Shown piece by piece: positions 19,390 through 26,226 of a stretch of DNA of 39,230 bases (within the stretch, counting starts at the first letter, position 1; each line of letters starts with the position of its first letter). The notes below the pieces were generated by a model. It had not been told where the DNA came from, did not search any database, and saw nothing but the letters and a program-made list of their open reading frames with translations. Source of the stretch: a virus (lineage: Duplodnaviria > Caudoviricetes). Where the stretch lies: IMG/VR virus record IMGVR_UViG_3300033067_001659, positions 1 to 39,230 of that record. The stretch is one strand, 5' to 3'. The position numbers and the translations under genes were made by a program.

Positions 19390-20140
19390 ACAAATAGTTT
19401 GGTTACATGAAGCGTTAGCTGAAATGTAGCCTTACTATTTGTTATATATTAATCAATTATTAATCATTAAACAAGTTATTATGAATCAATTAGGATATAA
19501 TAGTAATTCACAATATGCTATATTTTGGGTTGAGGTAAAAGCATGTTATGATGATTTGTGCCAGGTATGCACATATAATTTGGCATTACAAGCTCAATTT
19601 AGAGCTGTTACAAGTAATTAAATATATTGTAAGTTTATATATTAAACAAGGATAAATGGTAGAATTTTAACTCGTTTACTACCAGACTGTTGTACTTACA
19701 TAATATTCAATTGGCTTCTAGTGCATTAGGAGCATAGTTTGCTAGAATGGTTGTCTAATTAGCAACGCATTTATATGTTTAACTTAAACAATTGATAAGA
19801 GTGATTCAAACCAATGAATTTGCTCTTTTAGAATGAGTGAATGGTGGATAATAAAGTCAATAAAAGTCCACCATTCCTCATTTATTTACACTACAAGACT
19901 CAAGATAATTTCAATTAATTATCTTTAAATTATAATATATAACTAATTCTAATCAATTACTGCGCATAAATGCTTGTAATTAATAAGAATTAGTAATCAA
20001 ATAATCATTATATAATAATATATTATCCTTGAATGGTTTAATATGTTGTATTATGGTGATTATTTGATTAATTATTTGGATTTGTTAGTGGATTTGATGA
20101 TTTATTTGCAGTCCACATCTAACCAATTATCATCCAACAC
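19390..20140. other. Array of long imperfect hairpins
   Basis: Stems 19390-19398/19434-19442, 19839-19848/19867-19876, 19994-20007/20057-20070 (14 bp perfect) and others. Confidence 0.6.
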
Positions 20141-20198
20141 TCTCAACATAACATCTAATTATTACCCTCTCTAAATAATTTATAGCTTAAAATTAAAG

Positions 20199-20252
20199 TG
20201 CGACTGATGATTGCTGAAATGCATGAATCATCTATTCTTTAGATGAATCGCA
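20199..20252 (+). ncRNA. Type I hammerhead ribozyme candidate (U15.1-A16.1 variant)
   Basis: tgcga-CTGATGA-ttgc/gcat-GAAT-catcta/tagatg-AA-tcgca; all three stems in correct order, stem II weak. Confidence 0.55.
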
Positions 20253-20634
20253 GGTTGAGGGTCTGTTAAGTATGCCCAAGATACCCATGAGTTTTAATAG
20301 TTGTTGATGCTTAACATAAAAACTATTTTAAAATAATCGTATGAATATCTCATACTATATAATCTAAAGATATACCTTAGATTACGAATCTAACAATCTC
20401 TGTAAACAGAGTTTAACCTTTAGCAAGTTATGAATATAGTATATTATAAAAGTATTGCAGTGGCTTGACAACCACAATATAAAGTGTGTCATTATGATAA
20501 TTAAAAGAATGCTATATTGTGACTAATATAGGGCGTAAGCTGAAGTCTGGGGAGTCCTAATCCTCATTAGTGGGCACATTAGTAATAATGTTGCCCTAAA
20601 TACATTGGATTTATTAACCTTTAAAACAAATCTT

Positions 20635-20796
20635 ATGCTTTTAAAAACAATATTATTACTATTGTGGATGATATTAACCTTAATACTAGTATTTAGTTTA
20701 ATAGGTTTTGCATTATTAATAAGTTCTAATAATTATCAAAAAACAACTTGGATGGAAATTGGTACAAGTTTAGTTGATAGTATTATTGAACCATAA
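20635..20796 (+). CDS. Small membrane protein
   Basis: MLLKTILLLLWMILTLILVFSLIGFALLI hydrophobic helix; start re-called to ATG 20635. Confidence 0.6.
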   Translation: MLLKTILLLLWMILTLILVFSLIGFALLISSNNYQKTTWMEIGTSLVDSIIEP

Positions 20797-20913
20797 AACA
20801 CTGCTTTCATACTTTACATAGAAAGTATTAAAATTAAGCTTATTATGCTATTAATTGTAAAACCGAAAACTGAAGATATACAGTTCATTAGTACACGTAA
20901 TAAGCTTATTTTT

Positions 20914-20986
20914 GCTCCTTTCGTCTAAAGGTTCAGGACACTAGGTTTTCAATCTAGGAATAAGAGTTCGAGTCTCTTAGGGAGTA
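20914..20986 (+). tRNA. tRNA-Glu(TTC)
   Basis: gctcctt/agggagt acceptor, ctagg-ttTTCaa-tctag anticodon arm, aagag-ttcgagt-ctctt T arm. Confidence 0.85.
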
Positions 20987-20988
20987 CT

Positions 20989-21129
20989 AATTGAACAATG
21001 GCGTAGATAAGGGTTACTTCGACTGTTTAATCGTGTGGTCGGTGGTTCGAATCCATCCTAATAGTAATATTAGTAGCTCAGTTGGTTAGAGCACAAAAAT
21101 TTCTCTTATCGTCTTTTCCTTGTTCAATT
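20989..21129 (+). ncRNA. YrlA-type Y RNA (circularly permuted tRNA mimic)
   Basis: T arm (21041-21057) precedes an acceptor stem closed by a GTAA loop, then D arm (21076-21092); enclosed by terminal stems 20989-20998/21120-21129 and 21006-21013/21103-21110. Confidence 0.8.
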
Positions 21130-21140
21130 TCTTATTAAAA

Positions 21141-21301
21141 TTACTTGCTTGAAGATACATAATAATGGTTGCCAAGCATAAGTTATAAAATGTACTAGCA
21201 TTTGTATGTATTGTAAAGATGTTTAAGCAGGTTTCACTGTTTATACTATTCATAGTAGTCGTGAGTTTAAAGACAACATTCCACTAGAATTGGACAAGTA
21301 A
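21141..21301 (+). ncRNA. Unassigned ~160-nt structured RNA
   Basis: ttacttg/caagtaa closing stem with internal gcttgaa/tttaagc, atacata/tatgtat, aaatg/cattt stems; no ORF. Confidence 0.4.
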
Positions 21302-21336
21302 TTTTATCTAAAATTAACTAATTAAAAATATAAAAT

Positions 21337-21774
21337 ATGGAAAAAACAGTTTTTCAAATAAACGATAATGTTTATTTTATCTTAAATCAAAAAATTAAAA
21401 ATGGTAAAATTATTGATATTAAACAATCTAAAAGCGTATACCCAATACTAGTAGAAACAAAAGATGATGGGTATTTTTCGTTTACTAATGATGGTAAATT
21501 TTTAGAAGGTGATAAAAAACCAAAATTATCATTTACTCCTTATGAAATTAAATATGAAGGATTTAGCCAAGAAAGACCATTACCAGATATTAAAGAAAAT
21601 ACTTTAATATATGTTAGACTATTTAATGGAGGACCTTGGGAAATGAGATATTTTTCACATTTTGATAAAAAAGGAAATTGTTATGTTTTTTTAAATCAAA
21701 TGAAACGATTATTAAATTCATTATATGATACAATTTCTGTTTCAGAATATTCATTAACAAATCCATTATTATGA
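21337..21774 (+). CDS. Hypothetical phage protein
   Basis: 145 aa; FT.DG...KLSFTPY...GFSQERP. Confidence 0.75.
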   Translation: MEKTVFQINDNVYFILNQKIKNGKIIDIKQSKSVYPILVETKDDGYFSFTNDGKFLEGDKKPKLSFTPYEIKYEGFSQERPLPDIKENTLIYVRLFNGGPWEMRYFSHFDKKGNCYVFLNQMKRLLNSLYDTISVSEYSLTNPLL

Positions 21775-21836
21775 TAACAATAATATTTATAGTTTTAGGA
21801 ACAGGTTTATTGTATTATCTAAATAAGAAACAATAA
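21771..21836 (+). CDS. 21-aa membrane micro-peptide MITIIFIVLGTGLLYYLNKKQ
   Basis: ATGA overlap with upstream gene; first 21 nt identical to the start of the 21853 gene. Confidence 0.4.
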   Translation: MITIIFIVLGTGLLYYLNKKQ

Positions 21837-21852
21837 TTTAAAACGATTTAAA

Positions 21853-22068
21853 ATGATAACAATAATATTTATAAGTTTTTTATTAATTTATATTGGTATA
21901 GTAATAGGTTTTATTAAAGATTGCTATGATTATATAAATGAAAAAAACAATTGTAAAATTATCTCAAAGATAATTGCATTTATTATAATTTGTTTAATAA
22001 TGACTGTATTAAGTTTAATTTTAATAGGCTTTAGAATAAGTTATAAATATATACTTAACAATAAATAA
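21853..22068 (+). CDS. Small two-TM membrane protein
   Basis: Two hydrophobic helices, 71 aa. Confidence 0.65.
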   Translation: MITIIFISFLLIYIGIVIGFIKDCYDYINEKNNCKIISKIIAFIIICLIMTVLSLILIGFRISYKYILNNK

Positions 22069-22084
22069 TAATTTATAACCAAAC

Positions 22085-22525
22085 ATAGCTGGTTGTTTTT
22101 GATTATATTCATAGAAAAGTTTAACTTGAAGATAAAAGTAAAGTTGAAATACCTTAACACTTAGGTAATTTGGATATAAGTGATAATCAAAAGATTTTAG
22201 GAGATAGTTCATACCTTAGAGTCGTTTACGTCTTGATGGTAGAGAATTGTAAAGCATACTTGAAAATACTAATATTAGACATAGCACTACTTACGAGGGC
22301 CAATGTACATTTAGCTGTACATCGTAGTAACAGTAGGAACATTAGTATATAATCTAAGTAAAGTATGTAGTGGCAGCTAAGTGTTAAACTATAGGAGTAA
22401 TTACCTATGTATGCGGGAACTTAGCCTCAACAGTAGTAATAGTGTTGAGTAGTTGTTAAACTTGTTTGAATTAACATTCCTAAAGTAAATAACAACATTG
22501 TGCAACTGGAGTGATTACCAGTAAC
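22085..22525 (+). ncRNA. Unassigned large (~440 nt) structured RNA
   Basis: Long-range helices 22154-22164/22377-22387 (11 bp), 22254-22261/22361-22368, 22266-22273/22341-22348, 22098-22106/22183-22191, twin GGAGTRATTACC hairpins. Confidence 0.65.
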
Positions 22526-22546
22526 AAATAATTAAAATTAAATAAT

Positions 22547-22732
22547 ATGACTATAACAATTTTATACATTATAGCAACAATTAGTTTTTCAATTGCTTAT
22601 ATAATTAGTTTTAATAATTAAAGTAAAAGAAATATAAGTTCAATAATTTTAATTATTTTATTTATGTTTTTCTGTTTATTTTAGCCAGTATTTTTAGTAA
22701 GTGATATTGTTAAGAAACTTAATAATAAATAA
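22547..22732 (+). pseudogene. Two-TM membrane protein with two in-frame stops
   Basis: MTITILYIIATISFSIAYIISFNN*SKRNISSIILIILFMFFCLF*PVFLVSDIVKKLNNK*; TAA and TAG interrupt a coherent frame. Confidence 0.55.
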
Positions 22733-22877
22733 ATTAAAAATACCATAATCAGAGCATTATTCATATAAATATAATGTGGATACTGATTAACTCTCAATAT
22801 GAGAGAGTTCTTACCTTAACTTGATTGTATAAGGTATAATTATTCTAACGGTGGTCGCCTGAATAATTAAATTAATT

Positions 22878-22951
22878 GCTCCTATAGCTCAATTGGTTAG
22901 AGAGTCAGACTCATAATCTGAAAGTTATAGGTTCGAGACCTATCGAGAGCA
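22878..22951 (+). tRNA. tRNA-Met/Ile2(CAT), partly degenerate
   Basis: tcaga-ctCATaa-tctga anticodon arm, atagg-ttcgaga-cctat T arm; two acceptor mismatches and one D-stem mismatch. Confidence 0.7.
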
Positions 22952-23056
22952 CATTAAAATGATTGTATTACTTAATTTTTTGTGTGTGTATTAAGGACAA
23001 TTATTTAATACCCTAATTATAGGTTTAATTAGGGTTTAATTTATTTTATAATAAAA

Positions 23057-23188
23057 ATGAAAACAAAATACATTAGATACACAAGAATTTTAAAACATAC
23101 AATACAATATTTTATAACATGGAATGTAATCTATTGGTATGAAGTTCAACATTATTATTATATGAAAAAATTTAGTGATATAAATTAA
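23057..23188 (+). CDS. Small hypothetical protein (43 aa, Tyr/Trp-rich)
   Basis: A-rich leader, MKTKYIRYTRILKH... Confidence 0.4.
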   Translation: MKTKYIRYTRILKHTIQYFITWNVIYWYEVQHYYYMKKFSDIN

Positions 23189-23210
23189 TAAAATTTATAT
23201 TATTTAAAAT

Positions 23211-23298
23211 GCCTCAATGGTGGAATTGGCTATACACGCAGGACTTAAAATCCTGTTACTCTTAATTGGGTTTGTAAGTTCGAGTCTTACTTGAGGTA
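23211..23298 (+). tRNA. tRNA-Leu(TAA)
   Basis: gcctcaa/ttgaggt acceptor, cagga-ctTAAaa-tcctg, long variable arm, gtaag-ttcgagt-cttac. Confidence 0.88.
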
Positions 23299-23407
23299 CT
23301 TAATTTTTAAAGTTATGAATTATAAACAAATCAAAACTCCTTGAGGTGGTTAGTAGAAATACTATTTAGGTCAACCTTTTTCTAATAATAATTAAAAACA
23401 AATAATC

Positions 23408-23809
23408 ATGAAAACATTAATTTTAACAATTCTATTAATAATCACTATTTCTTGTAAAAAAAAAGAAATTAAAGTGGAAGAACCACCAGTAATTACATTA
23501 AAAGATAGTACTTATGTAAATATTAAAACCAAACAATTATGTAATAATATTTATTATGATACTCCAGGTACAATTAAAGTCTATGAGAGCTATCCAAATG
23601 CTATTATTGGTACTTATACTACACAAGTATTAAAAGATGGCTCTATTGGTCTAAAAACACTTAAATTAGACTATAAATACAATAAGTATTATTATGTTAC
23701 ATTAACAGGTAATCTTAATTGTAATTCAATAGTAATTAATAAGACTGTTATAGATAGTTTCCTTAATAAACAAAATGATACTACTAATTTAACAATAATA
23801 TTAAAATAA
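23408..23809 (+). CDS. Lipoprotein
   Basis: MKTLILTILLIITIS-C-KKK signal peptidase II type signal. Confidence 0.75.
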   Translation: MKTLILTILLIITISCKKKEIKVEEPPVITLKDSTYVNIKTKQLCNNIYYDTPGTIKVYESYPNAIIGTYTTQVLKDGSIGLKTLKLDYKYNKYYYVTLTGNLNCNSIVINKTVIDSFLNKQNDTTNLTIILK

Positions 23810-23810
23810 C

Positions 23811-24176
23811 ATGAAAAAACAAGAAGTACCTTTAAGGGCATTTTTAGAAAGTGCACCTTATGAAGTCCTGAGAGCTTCAATGCAAGAAAATCTCAACCAC
23901 AATAATATTATGTTTAACAGAGGTTTAAAACAAGGCGAGAATTACGCTAAAGTTTATTCAAATCTTATTAATCATAATAATATGAAGAAAGAATTTACTC
24001 ATACACCACAAGAAGTTAAAGCTTTACGTGAATTTAAAGCTATGTTTAAAAGCAAAGCATTTAATGTTAAGCATAAGATTCAACAAGCCCGTGAAGAACT
24101 TAAAAAACAAATTCTTGGTTATGCTCAGGATAAAAATTTTAATCCACAAATGAACATAATTTTTAAAATAATTTAA
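23811..24176 (+). CDS. Hypothetical protein
   Basis: 121 aa, biased codons. Confidence 0.7.
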   Translation: MKKQEVPLRAFLESAPYEVLRASMQENLNHNNIMFNRGLKQGENYAKVYSNLINHNNMKKEFTHTPQEVKALREFKAMFKSKAFNVKHKIQQAREELKKQILGYAQDKNFNPQMNIIFKII

Positions 24177-24245
24177 ATATGGGAGGAATAATATATATTA
24201 TAATTGTAGTAGGTATTATTGCTTTTATAATAAAAACAATAAGAA

Positions 24246-24584
24246 ATGAAGAAGATAATAATGATGATTTGGGTAATAATATTATCTAATCAAAAAATAA
24301 TAGCTCAGGATAAAACTAAAGATGATATTAAAATATCATTCAATGTATATTTAGATAATAAAAAAGTTGAAACAGATTCTATTCAAGTAGGATTTGTTTC
24401 AACTCATAATAAAACTTTATATACACATCATGCTTATATTAGTAATAGCTTTGTAACATTTTTTAAACCTAATAGAGTTTATAATATGTTTATTAGCCAT
24501 CCTAATTATAAAAAACAAATTATTAAAATTAATACGTTTAAGATTAAATCTGATAGTATTAATGTGTATTTAAATAAAACTTAA
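24246..24584 (+). CDS. Secreted small beta-sandwich-like protein
   Basis: Signal-like MKKIIMMIWVII...IIAQ, C-terminal ISHPNY....I motif. Confidence 0.55.
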   Translation: MKKIIMMIWVIILSNQKIIAQDKTKDDIKISFNVYLDNKKVETDSIQVGFVSTHNKTLYTHHAYISNSFVTFFKPNRVYNMFISHPNYKKQIIKINTFKIKSDSINVYLNKT

Positions 24585-24732
24585 AAACATTAATTAAATA
24601 AATTAATATAATAAATCACTAAAATATCATTAAACTTTAAATTATACAATTAAGTATTAGTGCAATGTTATTAATATTAATTTATTTAATTATAATAAAC
24701 AAACAAATAAATAAACAATTAAAAAATCAATT

Positions 24733-25236
24733 ATGAAAACAGCAGTAATTATTACAGCAAATCCTAACACAAATGAAGTGTTTAACATTAACAAAAATGC
24801 AGATGGAACTACCAAATTAGGAAAAGATGGTGAAGTTTGGGGTACTATTCGTGTTCAACAAACACAATTGGTAAAAAATGGTAACATTTTACAACCAAAA
24901 GTGATTTCGGCACTTATTCCAATTTCACAAAAAAGCTATGATGTAGCTAAAACTCTTTTAAAAGAGGGTTCTGAATTTGGTGGTCAAATCGTGCGTAAAG
25001 AAACTACAGAAACCAATGCTGATGGAAGTCCATTATTAGGTTATCGTGAAAAACGTGCAGGTTCTGAAGAAAACGCTCCATTATGTACTGTTGGTGGTAA
25101 AACTATTTACCAAACAACTTTCCATACAGAAGATATGAGTGTGAGTAACGAACTTGTAGCTCATGATAATGTTACCGAATTAAAAGCTTTCAGAGCAGCA
25201 CAAGTTTCAGCTCCTTTAAATGTTGCAGGTAACTAA
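24733..25236 (+). CDS. Highly expressed conserved phage protein (possible ssDNA-binding protein)
   Basis: 167 aa beta-rich, strong codon bias, own terminator; function is inference. Confidence 0.7.
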   Translation: MKTAVIITANPNTNEVFNINKNADGTTKLGKDGEVWGTIRVQQTQLVKNGNILQPKVISALIPISQKSYDVAKTLLKEGSEFGGQIVRKETTETNADGSPLLGYREKRAGSEENAPLCTVGGKTIYQTTFHTEDMSVSNELVAHDNVTELKAFRAAQVSAPLNVAGN

Positions 25237-25255
25237 AATTTATTAACCTGGAAAT

Positions 25256-25286
25256 AAAGCCTATTATTAATTTAATAGGCTTTTTT
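25256..25286 (+). terminator. Intrinsic terminator
   Basis: aaagcctatta-ttaatt-taataggcttt followed by T run. Confidence 0.8.
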
Positions 25287-25306
25287 ATGTTCTTTAATAT
25301 ATAAAA

Positions 25307-25377
25307 GTGTATTATTGTGTAAAGGTAGCACTAATGCAAAATAAGCATTTGTATGAGTTCGATTCTCATTGATACAC
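25307..25377 (+). tRNA. Atypical tRNA-like gene, 8-bp acceptor, anticodon loop aaAATaa
   Basis: gtgtatta/tgatacac, D stem gtgt/gcac, aatgc/gcatt, atgag-ttcgatt-ctcat; no Y32/U33. Confidence 0.65.
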
Positions 25378-25382
25378 CTAAA

Positions 25383-25453
25383 GATAACTTGGTCTAGTGG
25401 TAGGACTCTCGGTAGCGGACCGAGAAACATCAGTTCGAATCTGGTAGTTATCC
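25383..25453 (+). tRNA. Atypical tRNA-like gene, anticodon loop taGCGga (nominal Arg-GCG)
   Basis: gataact/agttatc acceptor, ctcgg/ccgag, atcag-ttcgaat-ctggt; A at position 33. Confidence 0.65.
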
Positions 25454-25457
25454 TAAA

Positions 25458-25532
25458 GTAATTAGTAGCTCAGTTGGTTAGAGCGTCACTTTCGTAGAGT
25501 GAAGGTCGTGTGTTCAATTCACACCTAATTAC
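25458..25532 (+). tRNA. tRNA with CGT anticodon (nominal Thr) and 8-bp G-1:C73 acceptor
   Basis: gtaattag/ctaattac, gctc/gagc D stem, tcact-ttCGTag-agtga, gtgtg-ttcaatt-cacac. Confidence 0.7.
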
Positions 25533-25539
25533 CTAATTT

Positions 25540-25611
25540 AGTTCTATAGCTCAAAGGATAGAGCCTTGGTTTTCTAAACCAATTATCTAGGTTCGATTCC
25601 TAGTAGGACTA
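25540..25611 (+). tRNA. tRNA-Arg(TCT)
   Basis: agttcta/taggact, ttggt-ttTCTaa-accaa, ctagg-ttcgatt-cctag. Confidence 0.88.
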
Positions 25612-25638
25612 CTTATTAACAAATTAAAATTAAATAAA

Positions 25639-26226
25639 ATGAATAAAAAAGATTTAAAACCAGGAGATATTATCGTTAAAAATGATATGTTTATAAATAA
25701 AATTGTTAGTATTGATGCTGATAATCTATATAATACAATTAGTTATTATATAGATTTATTACGGTCAAGCTTTATTAATTGTAGTTTTAATAATCAAACA
25801 GTAAAGATTGGTGATAAATTAAGATTAGCAACAGAAGAAGAAAAACATTGGCTTAATGAATGTATTAAAGCTAGTAAATTTATTAGTAAAGATGAAGCAT
25901 TAAAAAATTTCATACCTGAAAAATTTGCTGTTAAAAATGTTAATCGTTGTTTAGCAGGATTATTATCAGATTATAAACTTCATGGTAATACACCAGATTA
26001 TTATTATCATTTTGATGAAATTGGAAAATTTGTTAGTTATACCTTATTGCAAGGTTATACAGAAATATCGTTTGAACAATTTAAAAAATATATACTTAAA
26101 TTAGATACTGATGAAGAAATTATTGATAAAACAATAAGCATTAAAAGTATTCAAAATGAATTATTAAAACATTATGAAAAAGATGATGTTAATGAAATTA
26201 TTAATATTATAAATAAAATAAAATGA
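25639..26226 (+). CDS. Modular hypothetical phage protein
   Basis: RLATEEEKHWL and GYTEISFEQFKKYILK modules. Confidence 0.75.
   Translation: MNKKDLKPGDIIVKNDMFINKIVSIDADNLYNTISYYIDLLRSSFINCSFNNQTVKIGDKLRLATEEEKHWLNECIKASKFISKDEALKNFIPEKFAVKNVNRCLAGLLSDYKLHGNTPDYYYHFDEIGKFVSYTLLQGYTEISFEQFKKYILKLDTDEEIIDKTISIKSIQNELLKHYEKDDVNEIINIINKIK

Noticed and set aside
19143-19621. ORFs 19143..19340(-) and 19439..19621(+)
   Set aside because: The first is antisense to a real gene. The second starts with TTG inside a hairpin; a shorter ATG-19481 version is possible but unsupported
22021-22352. ORFs 22021..22212(-) and 22170..22352(+)
   Set aside because: Atypical composition; region better explained by RNA helices
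19372-23400. CRISPR array, RNase P RNA or diversity-generating retroelement
   Set aside because: No regularly spaced direct repeats, no GAGGAAAGUCC-type P4 signature, no reverse transcriptase or TR/VR pair seen
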